A stretch of 63,126 nt of DNA, filler included, from Rhabdomonas costata (lineage: Eukaryota): NCBI GenBank assembly GCA_019059605.1. It is 51 parts of 51 records of this genome, joined end to end, with 100 filler letters (N's around TTAATTAATTAA, not from the genome) between each part and the next. Parts side by side here need not be neighbours in the genome. Positions count along the whole stretch, not along the records: positions 24,799 to 25,938 come from JAHMHO010026629.1; positions 26,039 to 27,177 come from JAHMHO010026630.1; positions 27,278 to 28,417 come from JAHMHO010026631.1; positions 28,518 to 29,657 come from JAHMHO010026632.1; positions 29,758 to 30,897 come from JAHMHO010026633.1; positions 30,998 to 32,137 come from JAHMHO010026634.1; positions 32,238 to 33,377 come from JAHMHO010026635.1; positions 33,478 to 34,617 come from JAHMHO010026636.1; 43 more parts are not named here. One strand, written 5' to 3'. The notes beneath the pieces were generated by a model that saw nothing but the letters and a program-made list of their open reading frames with translations, did no database searches and was not told the DNA's origin. How positions within the stretch are numbered: the stretch's first letter is position 1; each line of letters begins with the position of its first letter. A program made the translations under genes and the position numbers. Shown here one piece after another: positions 25,684-38,800 of this stretch.

Positions 25684-27277
25684 CTGCAGAGGGACCGCCC
25701 ACGGGGGTGAATATTTTTAAGGAAGATAAAAGAAAAAACCCATGCCATGGTGAAAATGACGATAGAAATCCGCAGTTAATTGGACGTGGAACCGGCTTAA
25801 CCTCCTATGCGATGGGAGGTTGAGTGCTTGCTTGCGCGGATGTGTTGCTATTTTGGAGGTCTATTTGGAGATGACTCATACGTCCCCTATGAATACCCCT
25901 GAAATAAAAGTAACGTTATGTCGTAGATCCACCCACACNNNNNNNNNNNNNNNNNNNNNNNNNNNNNNNNNNNNNNNNNNNNTTAATTAATTAANNNNNN
26001 NNNNNNNNNNNNNNNNNNNNNNNNNNNNNNNNNNNNNNTTTTTGGTGTGGAGCAGGCCGTATCATATGATATCATATCATAACATATCACATTTATTCGT
26101 ATAACTGCGCGGAATGCGCGCAAGCTTTGCGACGATTTTACCTCAATAGTTTTTTTTTTGGGGGGGGGTTTGCATGAAATTTTATCTTTCATTTTGGTTC
26201 TTGGTCTTTTCATGCTGGCAAGTGTTGCATCCGTTGCACCAAATTGAGAATAAAGACAAAACTCACCTTTAAAAGGATCCTCTCAATCCTCTCAATAGTG
26301 AAAAATGGCATATAATTCCGAAACTTTCTGACACCCCTTGCCCGAGGCCTCCCAAGGTGTAGTCCTCCCCTTGAAATTCCTTCTTGCTCCCTGCCCTTGC
26401 TCATGTGTGAAGTCTCCAGAAGGCCCCCAAGAGAGTCACATTTTTGAACTAAAACGACCATAAAATGCCACAAGTAGGTAAATATAGCCCCAAATAAGCA
26501 AAAATAGCCCCAAATAGGCAAAACTAGACAGACTTTACTCATAAAATAGTACTTGTGTCGTCAATTTCGCCCCCCCCCCCCATCAGTTATTGAGATAGGT
26601 CTACGGTATGTGCGCAGTTTTTGTCCCAACATTGACCCACGCCGGAAGAGGGGACAAAGATGCAGAATTATTTGACATTTCACGATCCTTGTTCTTTTGG
26701 GTTTTGTGAAAAGTTTTTGTGAACAAACGATGCGGTTATGTGAATTGCTGATTTTGAAGAACAATAATACCGAAAACTGAGGTGGCGTGTAAGTAAATTC
26801 AGTATGTTAGGTGTTTTCCTGTTATTCTAGAAGTTACCGCATTTTTTGCTTCAGGTTTCTGGGTAATTTAATAAACGATATCATATATCATGTCATGTCA
26901 TGTCATATTGCTCGTTTCACCTCAAAACTGAGAGTTGGAAAAACGTTTGCAAAAAAAGAGACATTTCGGACTTTTGAAAGGGGGGAAAGTTTCGATTTTC
27001 ATCCATATTGTCTGAATGAAATGCGCCTTCGGGTGTTTTCTGATGAACTTGGGTGGGTGAGTTGGGTGCCTTTTTTATTCGAGAAAAAACACTCGTGTTT
27101 CCAAGAATTGCCCACTTTTTGCTGACAGTGGTTGCTTCTAGGAAACACGAGTGTTTTTTCTCGAATAAAAAACACACNNNNNNNNNNNNNNNNNNNNNNN
27201 NNNNNNNNNNNNNNNNNNNNNTTAATTAATTAANNNNNNNNNNNNNNNNNNNNNNNNNNNNNNNNNNNNNNNNNNNN

Positions 27278-27413
27278 GTTGGTCTGAGCTGTACGGTGCG
27301 ATCACGGCCTGGAAGCGGGAGGCCTGGTTGGCGATGTACGCGCCCACGGTTCGAACATTCTGCTTCATCTCTGCCAGGGTGGGCGCGCCCACCTCGAACA
27401 GGGAAAACTCCAC
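27278..27413 (-). CDS. Exon resembling a periplasmic-binding-protein/ANF-receptor extracellular domain
   Basis: gatag|VEFSLFEV...FQAVIAPYSSD; AVIxPYSS resembles the type-1 PBP motif. Confidence 0.4.
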
Positions 27414-29763
27414 CTATCGGTTGGGCAGCCCATCTCACCTTCTCCAGCCCGACCAGCTGACCACTCAACCCAACCGGTACTGCGGTATTTGCCCTTTGAT
27501 CTGGCGTCACGCCAACACTGACATAATCTCATATAATGTGTACGACGACAGTACGGCGGGTGGGGATTGGGTGCGTCTCCGTCCACGACAGTTGAAAGAT
27601 GTTCCCTTGCAACTTCAACAATCAAACTTTAGGTTTTAAACTTTTAAAATTACTTAAAAAGTTTTTAAAAGTTTTTAAGTCGAGATGCATGCGATTGGGC
27701 CAGCTGCTGTGACCTTTTGCCCTCGGTGTCGCATCGCCATCACCGTGATTCGGCTCGGGTCATGTCCAAAACAAGAATTGCAGCTGAAACTATAACTCTG
27801 GTCAGAGGGGAGCACGGAACCTCCGGTCCAAATCTCAATGACGATCAGCGCATGGTTTTGATGTCTGAAAAAGGCTCGGATATTCTCCAAACCTCTCCAT
27901 GAAGTTGCACATAGCTCGAAATGACCATGCCATTATGTCGACTTTTTCAATGCGCCACTTGCGCGGAAAGGCGTAACTGACCTCTGAGTCTCCAGAACTT
28001 TTGAGGTTGCGCGGGCAATATCATCAAAAGCTTATAATGTGTTGATACCAGCATCCAAGTTTTTCTCACCGACGTCAATAGCTCTGTTTGAAAGGCTCAA
28101 TAAATGCTGGTTGAAAGGGAGGGCAAGACCACATCGAACCCGGTGACGACTTCAAACGGCACCTACACCTTCACAGCGAAAATCGCCAATGGGAGTAATC
28201 GGCAAGGGCTGCCAAAACGTGAAGCAGGACGGACCAACAACGGTGTTAACAGTGTTGGCACAACTGGAAGGGGTGTGTGTGGCGACTCTACCTGGTAGTG
28301 ATTCAGAGAGACTCGGGGGTTGGTCTTGTCCGAGGCCTGCAACCCACTAATCGACTCCACGTAATCCTGTGTACCGGAACAAGTACCTCCCCCATATTCC
28401 GCGAGGCCCACACACCTNNNNNNNNNNNNNNNNNNNNNNNNNNNNNNNNNNNNNNNNNNNNTTAATTAATTAANNNNNNNNNNNNNNNNNNNNNNNNNNN
28501 NNNNNNNNNNNNNNNNNGGGGTGTTGGGGTAATCCTGTGCCCATTCCTGCAACTACAGTCCGACAAAAGTCTTTCAGGAACTGGAAAACGCGGGACATGT
28601 AATCCCAGGTGGCCGAGGTCAGGGGATAGTCAAACAAAACACATCTAAAGGTGAAAGGTGCAGAACAGAAACATCGGAGACATCGGGAGTGTTTTCCCGC
28701 ACTCACGTTCTCTTCTCTTTGCATCTGTGCGGCTGTTGTGTGCGCCGGACTTTGAACACTGGACTTGTTGTGGTCTATGAAAACGTGTTTTGTTTCGGGA
28801 GTGAAATAAACATAAAAAAGTTAAGTCCGGGCGCATGAAGACCACGACAGCGTGAATCACAATAGACCTTCACAGCTGCCACTCAAAGACCATGACTCGG
28901 CCGAAGTGCAGGTCAGCGTGCCCCCGCCCGTGTAGCCCACGGCGCAACCAAAATTGCAAACCTTCCCCTCCGTCAACCCCCACGAGCACACCGGCAGGCC
29001 CGCATGGGAGGGAAGATCGGCAGGTGTGCCGCAGAGGACGTCTGCAGAAGCACAGTGACATCAGCGGCGGCTACGGCGAGATACCCCATAAGTTTATAAA
29101 GCAAAGGTTCCCGTTGCATGATTGTGTGTGTGTGCCGGGGGGGGGCACTGCCCAGAGAATGTGCGAAGGTATCGGTGGCCCTTACAGGGGCGCGTTTTTT
29201 TTTTGAGTTTTTTGAGTCAGCTCTGCTCACAGAACCATCCGAGCAAACGAGTTGGGAAAACGGGTGGTCAGGATCGGTGCCGCTGCTGGTGGAATATTGA
29301 AGCAGATTTGGAAGCAGACCAAACTAGAAAACGGCAAAATGGAAAGTAGAATTTCTGTTTTTGATCTTCGTTAAAAAAGAGTAAAGAACTGGGAACGCAC
29401 AGGCGTGGAGAAGTCTAAGTTGGGGGGGGGGGTGATATTCAAGCAAGTCAAACCAAAGGAGCATACAGCGGGGGCAAAGATAGGCATGAAGTGAAAACAG
29501 AAAAGGCAAACCCAACAAAAATAAAGAAAAAAGGAGGGGCTGCGAGAGATGCTGTAGACCGGAAGGCCAACCACCCAAAAAACTTTGCGGTCGGAAAAAA
29601 AAAACACAAGTAATCCGAATTCAGAGGGCTGTGCACCTTGGACGCAGACCAACACAANNNNNNNNNNNNNNNNNNNNNNNNNNNNNNNNNNNNNNNNNNN
29701 NTTAATTAATTAANNNNNNNNNNNNNNNNNNNNNNNNNNNNNNNNNNNNNNNNNNNNGCTTAC

Positions 29764-29923
29764 TCATGCATTCCTCTAGCGCGTAGCTGAACTCCGTCAG
29801 GTTGCTCTGGCACACTGCCAGGGAGTCCGTGCAGTTGGGTGCCGGTCCGGAGGCCTGAGCGGTGGCCAACACGACCAACGCAAAGACCACAGGGAAAACA
29901 TGACGAGAAGAAGAAACAGGCAT
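29764..29923 (-). CDS. First exon of secreted/surface protein with signal peptide
   Basis: MPVSSSRHVFPVVFALVVLATAQA...|gtaagc; pyrimidine tract + AG 2 nt before the ATG. Confidence 0.65.
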
Positions 29924-30572
29924 TGCTTTTGGGGAAAGGCGGCAGGTACAAAAAGACTGAGCAGACAAAAGAGGCGGGGGACAGGGGGAGATATGTGTGT
30001 GTAGTGCCCAGAACAAAGAACTCGCGGCATGCAGCAAACCGCTTGAAGACTCACGAGAGACTTGCGAGGGGAGAGCGGACTGGCGCAGAAGACCTGTGCT
30101 TCAAAAGGGGTGTACTGGGTGGAAGTCACATTTACCCCGTTCTTGCTTGTTACTTGTGGACTTGGCGTGCAGCCAAAGAAAAGCCCCAGTAGTTTTTTTT
30201 TCAAAAACATAGCTTGGGGGACATAGGTGAGGAAATCGTGGGAGACTTGTGTGTTTTCATAATACCCTTGCTGCCGGCTCGGTCTGGGGTGAAGAAAAAA
30301 CGCGCACTAAAACCGACAAGCGCTGTAACAGGCGACCGCGCCACCACGTCAGCAAGGCAACACGGCGACGCAGTGTTGTCGGAAAACAGAAGAATGGGTT
30401 CCCACCTCTCCCAGCTACCTCGCTGCCTCCTTTCCCTTGCGGTGCTCTGCGAAAACAACTTGCCATGCAAGCCTGCCCCAGTCACCATCCGGGAGAGAAC
30501 AAAGAAGAATGGCCAGCAAGCTCTACACGGGGGGAGAAACTTCCTCCGAGGGGTCTCGGGTCTTCCCCTTTC

Positions 30573-30863
30573 TCAGTCCACGTCGTTGTGACTGCCCCCG
30601 GGAGCTCCTGGAAAGCCGCCAGGGAAGCCACCAGGGAAGCCACCAGGGAAGCCACCAGGGAAGCCTCCGCCTCGCCCAGCAGAGGGCTTGGGAGGGGAGC
30701 TGCCAGCCCCGGGCCCTCCGGCACCCCCGAAGGATGAGGAGAGCTTCGCAAGGACTTTGGCAAGCTTCGGGTTGCTCTGCACTTGGGCCATCACACTGGG
30801 GTCCCCACTCATTAGTTTGGGAAGCAGGGCCTGAACTTCTGGGTCTTGCAGCGCAGCCATTAG
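30573..30863 (-). CDS. ST13: Last exon of Hsc70-interacting protein (Hip)-like STI1/DP-domain co-chaperone with GGFP repeats
   Basis: ttcag|LMAALQDPEVQA...SNPKLAKVLAKL...(GGFP)n...NDVD stop. Confidence 0.7.
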   Translation of the reverse strand, partial: LMAALQDPEVQALLPKLMSGDPSVMAQVQSNPKLAKVLAKLSSSFGGAGGPGAGSSPPKPSAGRGGGFPGGFPGGFPGGFPGGFPGAPGGSHNDVD

Positions 30864-31292
30864 CTGAAGGAAGAATTCAGGAAGACCCACCACCACCNNN
30901 NNNNNNNNNNNNNNNNNNNNNNNNNNNNNNNNNNNNNNNNNTTAATTAATTAANNNNNNNNNNNNNNNNNNNNNNNNNNNNNNNNNNNNNNNNNNNNTTT
31001 TTGGGGTTGGTGTTGGTGGCTCTCAGTTGAAGAGTTGCAGATCACTCCAAGGGGCGAAAAATCGACGCTGCCCACGAAGTACACGACGGAGGGAAGGGGA
31101 TGGGGTGGGGGCGGTCTATCAGTTGGTGGCCATGTCTCACGACAAATGTGGGGCAACGTCAACAAACATGTGTGCGTCAACCGTCGCGGCAAAGTCTCGC
31201 AGCAGTGAAAGGACTGTGCCTATTGAAAGGTGTTTGGAAAAGCTGCGATGCATAACAACAAAAAAGTACTGCAGAAGAGATTCTGCTATTCA

Positions 31293-32059
31293 GAACCTTG
31301 CGCTCGATGACCGACCAGCCTGGAGGGACATCCTCCTTGGTGGCACTGGCCTTGTAGGGTTCCCTTCCGGGGAAGCTCAGCGCCAAAAAGTTGCACCACA
31401 GCACTGCCCCGCTGGGTGCGATCGGGGGGACCGCGGCAGCCTTCTACGTGGGGGGCGAGTACGCGGGGAGGTAAAACACCAACCTCATTGCAAAAAAAAA
31501 AAAGAGGAAGGATGCGACGAAAGGACGAAGAGGAGTCTTGACTCAAGGATGGAGTTCCAGAATCACTCGTCAAATCACTCCTCCAAGCACAGCGCCGAGG
31601 ATCGGGTGGTGACCCATTGCATGTGCACATCGCCTCGGAATGTCCCCGGAAAGCAGGGTTATGGGCCCTTGAGCTCAGGAATAAGGTTACCCTGGGGTGA
31701 AAGAGGGGGCGCAGACTGAAGGGAATTCTTTAATCACACCTTACAATATCCGACTAAGGTTGATGTAACCAGCTAAGTCGAGCTAAGTAGAATGGAACAG
31801 ACCACGGCAGCCAGCTGCACGCCTGGAGTGAACACGGCTCCCCGGGACACCGAGTCTCCCAGGAAAACTACCCGCCGCCCTGCTAAACCCGCCGCAAGCA
31901 CAGCCTGGCCCTGCTCAGAGTCGCACGTGCACCACTCCCGCTCGTGTCCGAAGGGCAAGCCGTGGGTTTGGGTTTGGCATCACACACAGCGACAGGGAGC
32001 ACCACCACAACCACAACCAACCACACCACGAAGAGAACCCCCGAGCAGGGGCAGCGCAT
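31293..32059 (-). CDS. Secreted GDS-motif acylesterase/acyltransferase (PC-esterase/SGNH-like), 5' part with a one-base frameshift
   Basis: Signal-peptide frame (MRCPCSGVLFVVWLVVVVVV) and LAGRRVVFLGDSVSR frame differ by one base near 31955; a further exon-like block lies at ~31293-31440. Confidence 0.55.
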
Positions 32060-33666
32060 AATGAAATCCCCTTTAAAGAAAAACAGGCTATGAAGCACAA
32101 GAGACGTTTGGCAGAAGGAGGATGGTTCCACCCAACCNNNNNNNNNNNNNNNNNNNNNNNNNNNNNNNNNNNNNNNNNNNNTTAATTAATTAANNNNNNN
32201 NNNNNNNNNNNNNNNNNNNNNNNNNNNNNNNNNNNNNGTGTTGGTGTGTTTGGGGGGGTGTTGGGTGCAACTGGTTTGTTTTGATGATAATTGCCTTGAG
32301 TGGAAAGCTATGCCGTTGTCCTGGTCTCGCAGGGTGTTAGATACAATCTTCAATGTTCGACTTTCCATTTGGGATATAATTTCGGGTTTGGGTTGGGCAC
32401 TCAGTACAACCCCCGAACTCCAATGCAAGGCCACGGTGGGCTGCCTGACGGACTCCGCCCGCTCGTTCTTTAGCCCGCGCAAGTGTAACTCCTCCTCCCA
32501 ATAGCCCAACCGCCCCATCCTATCCCGCCCTCCACTGCCCCAGAAGCACGCCTTGGCCGCTTTGGTACCTCAATGCCAGGCAGTGCTATATACCCTCTCC
32601 TCATGGTAACGTGCTACCACCGCGGTATCAACCTTTTTGCTTTTTTTTTGTGTGTGTTTGCCCCCAAAGCACCTGCCCCAAGGTGTGTCTGCGATCTCGG
32701 GTCTTTCCTTTCTGTGAAAGGAAGCCGAGAGGGGCCTCCTCTCATGTCCTTACTGTTTCCCTTTTGTCGCTATGTAAATAACTATGTGCTCCCTGTTTGC
32801 TCTGTGTTTCTCAAGGCGCGGGACCCCGCGTTTTTGCCGTGATCTGGTTCACTCTGGGTGACTCTGAGCAATCTGTCATCCCCGATGTGCCTTTTCTTTT
32901 TCTTCCATTCTTGCTGTTCGGCATCCAATTGTAAATCTTCAACTTGTATCCCCCTCCCCCCCTTACCACGCAATGTTGATTCCAGGCTGTGTGCTCGCTG
33001 GTGTTGTTGAATCGAACGTTGTACTTTTTTGTAAGGTTTTCTTTGCGTTTTGGGATAGCTCGTGGGGAAGTGGGTATTTCGTCCTTTTGCGGTGGGCGGA
33101 AGTGCACCCCAACAGAGCTTCAGCCAGAGTCATGGTATAATTGGTTTGAGGTCCCTATGTTTATCGGGGCTTGGCGTTGGCGTTGAGGCTGGTCTCCTCT
33201 GGAGGAGAGGCCGACGCTGTGACCGTATGAAGGAAAGCCACTGTCGCCTGAAGCTGCTTCGTGTCGGTAATTTACACTCCTCAGCTTCGCAGCGGCTTGG
33301 TTACCACCACCACGACACCTTCTTCTTTGGGAGTAAACAGAGGTTGTGTACGAAAGGATTGGACGTAAACCCCCACCNNNNNNNNNNNNNNNNNNNNNNN
33401 NNNNNNNNNNNNNNNNNNNNNTTAATTAATTAANNNNNNNNNNNNNNNNNNNNNNNNNNNNNNNNNNNNNNNNNNNNGGTGTGTGGTCGATTTTTGGCCC
33501 TGAATGTTTTGAAACTGGCCGGAATTGTTTTTGTAAGCGCTTGAGTGAAACAGAAGAGCAAATACAGAAAACCGGGTGTGATCTGGAGAGTCGATCCCTC
33601 TGGTGAGACTCCCTTGGTCTGTCTTTCACGAATCTTGTGTTTCCTGACTTTTGATCACTTTGTCAG

Positions 33667-34067
33667 ATGCAACCTCGAATGATTCTCGGACAGTCGGGGA
33701 GGAGTTAGAGGAAGTTCTCACGGATTATCTGACGGAATATTCACGGGCTATCCCTGGTTCCCCTGTGGGCGTCCTGGGCATCGTTGAGGGTATTCACCCC
33801 GAGGAAAGCTTTGCCCTTGTTGGGTTTTCGGCCCCACAAATGGGCGTTGCCATGTACTGCAGCTCCTGGAGTGAGAGTTCCAGCCCTGCAGCAGAAATCC
33901 TTCAGAGCAGCTTCAAATTCTCCCCCGAGCCTGGCAGGGAGGGCGCAACCAGCTGGAAGCCTGTGGTGAGGGTTGTTCCGGCCAATTGTCAAAGCGGTTT
34001 CGCCGCCGCAAAGGACGACGTAAGGAGAAGGGATGAGTGGGACCAGCAGGCCTTGAAAAAGATTGAG
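33667..34067 (+). CDS. Exon of unknown protein
   Basis: ttgtcag|...gag|gttccc bounded, stop-free ~133 codons; no motif recognised. Confidence 0.45.
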
Positions 34068-35497
34068 GTTCCCGCAAAGAGAACGAAACATCAAGAACAG
34101 TGTGGTTTGTGTCAAGGATGTGATCAATTCATGTGCTACTTGTGGATTTTCTCTTTTCTTGATTGTTCCTGTATTTTTGCTTCTCTTGTTCCATCAGCGG
34201 CATTTTGATTTATTCTTTCCAGCTGTATTTTTTCTATAAAAATCCTTGAATTCACTAACACGTCTAATACCTCTATTCATTCTATGTATTTCGTTGTCTA
34301 ATGGTTCACCTTTAAAAACTCCAATAAATTTTCCGCTATTTATTGTTTGATCACCACGCATATCATCAGCATTAGGTCTGTTCATACCACCAACAAATTG
34401 CTTAACAATTCCTTTTTGCTTGAAATTTTCGTAAGAGTTGTCACTAATATGTTCCCAAATAATTTCGAAAATTCTTTGTTTTCATCTTCTGTTAAATTCC
34501 TTTGTGTGGAGACCACACCCACAGAAATGAACCTCTGTTGTCTTTTTCTTTTCGCTGTTCTGGGGGTCCTACCAGGTGGGCCTAGCCTCTTTAGCCGGCC
34601 CACCTGGTAGGACCCCCNNNNNNNNNNNNNNNNNNNNNNNNNNNNNNNNNNNNNNNNNNNNTTAATTAATTAANNNNNNNNNNNNNNNNNNNNNNNNNNN
34701 NNNNNNNNNNNNNNNNNGGGGGGGGTGCAGGTAGATCATGTCCACACCTATGTCAGAACAGGCGCGAGCCCCATGTGCTCGCGCCTGTTCTGACATAGGT
34801 GTGGACATGATCTACCTGCACTCCCCCAGGCAGGGTTATGGCGGTGAGTGATTGGTCCATGAGCATCACGATCACCACCATGAACGGCATCCGGAAGAAA
34901 CACAACGAAAACGCAAAGAAGAAGTAAAAGAAGACTTTACGACCCAAAGGTTGAAAGTGGGATGTTTTAGCTTTTGCTTGCGCTCGCATTTGTAGAACCC
35001 GTGCTGTGAACCTTTGTGTTGCATAGACTCATGTTGTTTCCTTTTTACGTCTTTTTCTGATGATGAGGGAAAACGGGATGGAAGGGTAATTTGGTATTTT
35101 AGCGCTTCGGCTTTCTAATTGGGTGTGGTGTGTGTAAGTGCTGAAATCTCATTTATATAACTTAAGGGTTTGGGTATTGTTTTTTGGGTGACACCCTCCA
35201 AGGCGGTGTGTCTTTCACTCGCGTGGGAAATGGCGAATGACACTGGCATTAGAGCAAGACCATGAATGACCTCTAGCAAATTGTGCATGTCAACGAGTCC
35301 TAGCAATTTTCCTATGCAGGTTTCACACTGGAGTTTATTAGCGAAGAGCACTACATGGACGACGAATGGTTATCCGCCAATGAAAATTCCCGGCTGTTAT
35401 CAACCACACAGGAGCGCTACGGTGAGCCAATTTTATTGCGGTCGAGACCGCCTTGATCTGCGAGTTGAGTGGGACGCGTGCCCGCAGAGTAAAACGG

Positions 35498-35848
35498 CAC
35501 TTCCTGAAGGTAACATTCCTGAACAACCAAGCCTTTTGCCTGCAGCTCCCTCACGTTCTTTGAGACCCGCAAGTGTACAGCATGCACACTGTGCCTTAGT
35601 GTGCAGCAGCAATCATGGTAGCGAAAAGATTCAGCATCATATTCATGCGTTGCTGTGTAACTATGCAAAGGCGGCTCAAGAATTGAAAGTGGACGACGCA
35701 CTACATGACACGGGAGAACTGCGCGTTCCACTCGGCTCTACAAAGAACATTTAAACCAGGAGACCAAGTTTTTCACCGAAGACACAAGCAATTTGCGGTG
35801 AACTTACATCAGGACACTGGTTCATAGAGGCCGGAAGTTCAGGCTGGA
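35498..35848 (+). mobile_element. Degenerate Penelope-like element, region N-terminal to the RT core
   Basis: Across frameshifts: HFLKVTFLN...LCNYAKAAQELKVD...VFTEDT...IRTLVHRGRKFR, resembling the PLE pattern FLKxxFxN...FNY...HVITGD...LRxLxxKGPKFR. Confidence 0.5.
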
Positions 35849-38800
35849 CACAAAACANNNNNNNNNNNNNNNNNNNNNNNNNNNNNNNNNNNNNNNNNNN
35901 NTTAATTAATTAANNNNNNNNNNNNNNNNNNNNNNNNNNNNNNNNNNNNNNNNNNNNGTGGTTGTGTCATAATTCATCCTCCGTGTGGGGTTGGATGGCG
36001 TTATGGTCGGGGTCACGACTCCCTTCCACGACTACCGGTGGCTCTGATAGTCAGCCGTGTGGTGTTGGTCTACTAGTAAGGAATGATACTAGGTGGGTGC
36101 ACCATAGCGTTACCCTACACGAGGGAGCAGCACTACCCAAAATTGGGGCCATGACAGCAGATCCCGTGAGGGTTACTACATGGCTCACCCCACGTATCCA
36201 TGGTCGGCGTCAGTGCAAAAGCTTGAGTGACGTTGTGTCTCGGGTCACCTTATGAGCTTAGCTCACCAGGTGTTGTTGGACTCATCCGTATGTTCCCGTG
36301 TTGCCAGGCGTACCTGATCATGCTCGTTCGGATCACTGCTGGGCGGCTTCTGTGACGGATGGAACTAGAGAGCGGCGTCTGGCGGTTTCACACTCCTCGG
36401 ACGGGGAAAGAGACAAGAAGGCCAAGAGAAATAAAGAGAGGAACCAAGAAGCCCACAGCAAGTACAGCACACACCAAACCCAGCGACTTCGAGAGCAACA
36501 CCACAACAGCAAGAGCAGCGAACAGAGAAACGGAAACCAAACACCCACCCACATCAGCAACCACAAGGCCAAGCACCAACTCCTTCGACACACCAACACA
36601 AGAACCAGGATACCAGTCACCACAAGCACAATCAACAGAAAGCACACACCGACACACCAAGAGAGCGAGAAGGAAGCAACACTGACACCCAAACCCCGAG
36701 GAGACACAACACCCATCTTGACACCCACACCCACACCAACCTGAGCCCCAACATCACCACGAACCCCACACCCAGACCCAGAAGCAGCACAGACACTCCA
36801 ACCCATAGCAGACCTAGGACACGTACCAACACGAACACCAACGACCCCAGATGCAACACCCCTCACACCCTCACCACCAGCACCCACCTGACCCAACGGA
36901 ACCTGACCCAACGTACGACCACAATCCAAGGCACCCTCCACTCCAACTCCCACTCCAACCCCGACGCCAACACCAACAGGGACACCCACTCCAACTCCAA
37001 GACCCATTGCACCAACCCTACAGAAAAACCCACCCTACGCTACACCCCAAGATATCCAACCCTACAGAAAAAAAACATGCGCGCGAGGAACCCAAGGNNN
37101 NNNNNNNNNNNNNNNNNNNNNNNNNNNNNNNNNNNNNNNNNTTAATTAATTAANNNNNNNNNNNNNNNNNNNNNNNNNNNNNNNNNNNNNNNNNNNNTGG
37201 TGGGGGTGGGGTCGAGGAAACGGTCTGGGGAAAAGCCTCAGGATGGGCGGTCTGCAGAAGCTTCCGCAGCTGCCGCAGAGCTTCGGCGCGGACATTGAGC
37301 AGCTCGCGCTCCGCACGAAGCTGAGGATGCGCAGATGCAGAAAACTTCGCGGAAGAAAGGAAGTGGCTCTGCGCGTGCTTCTGTGAGGGGAGGACTTCAC
37401 ACAGTTTGGCATGAAATGATGACAGCATTGTGCCGCACGCAAACGACAGTGGGGAGATTTGGGCATAAAAGACAGAAGTTCGGTCGCAACTTTGCTCCTA
37501 AAGTTGTCACAACTGAAGCTCATTGTAGCGGCGCAATCAATTTAGTTGATGTTGTATTAACATGCGGTACCTGGATATGGACGTCATTCCGGAACTGGAC
37601 CATTTCAACCATAAGAAGATAAAAACGTAAAAAAAAAACACGCCTTTTCAGGAGAGATGTCTTGGTTAGGGGCTCTGGAGACAGCCTGTGAGAAGAGACC
37701 CACAACCCACCCCCCGTCTACCCAGTATAGAATAAGCGAGTCTGCAGTGTAAAAACTTAAACAAAACCTAGTGATATCCGTTCGTTCGTTCATTAGTTGT
37801 TTGTTGTTAGTAGGTAGAGAATGCTTAAGCAAAAGGATTTCTTTGCGCAGCGAAGTTGAGAGAGGGGACACACACTTACATAGGGTAAAGGCGAAGCAGG
37901 GACTCCCGAGACGCTGCGCCGGTCCTTTTACTCTCGGTCGGTTTATGTGCAACGGAGGATTTCTCGACGAAATTAACTGCATATACCCAGCCCATACCCG
38001 CTGTCCTTCTGCCGCCTGATACCCAAATTGTCCTCAGCAGCAAAGGCCAGCGTCTTAACATCCTTCAGGTGATCTCCCAGCATGTCCCGAGGAGGGGTTC
38101 CACATTCAAATTCCAGGCCCACGCCCAAACATGATGACCCGATACTCCCCTCGGCTGCAATAACCTGAGCGACCTCTTATCCCTTTTATTCAAATTCCAT
38201 TAAAATTCTAATCGATTCAATTTTCGATTTGCAAAAAAAAAGGCATTCGATTGGACACTGTTGTGGTTTAGCAGATTCAGCAGTCAGAAGGATGGAAAAG
38301 CTGAATCTGCTAAACCACAACAGTGTCCAACCAAACCNNNNNNNNNNNNNNNNNNNNNNNNNNNNNNNNNNNNNNNNNNNNTTAATTAATTAANNNNNNN
38401 NNNNNNNNNNNNNNNNNNNNNNNNNNNNNNNNNNNNNGTGTTGGGGGGCGGAATGACAGTGAATCTGAGCTTTCATATGCAGAGTAAGCAAAATGCAAAA
38501 TAAGATGAGAAAGCAACGAGCAGCACCTGGCATAAAAACCCTCGCAAGGTGCACTCGAAACCAGAATCGACAAAGTGGTCCCATGCTGTGTTTACCAGAG
38601 CAACTAGGAATGAGGTGTGCGCAAGAAAGCAAGAAGAGAAGGCTTATCATGATGAAAGTAAAAGCGGACAGAGCGCACGGAAGTGTAAGACATGAAAGTC
38701 CAAAAGCGCCGAGCGGGAATGCGGGGTAGAGCACAACTCTTGGGACTTATCGCCACACGAGAGACGCAAGGAGGAATGGAGGGAGGTCCAGCGGTTAAGG

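Noticed and set aside
32238-32570. Possible retroelement-derived ORFs
   Set aside because: No diagnostic motif in any frame.
36333-37007. 224-aa hydrophobic ORF as a membrane protein
   Set aside because: By-product of G/T skew, which lacks stop codons; no splice signals or motifs.
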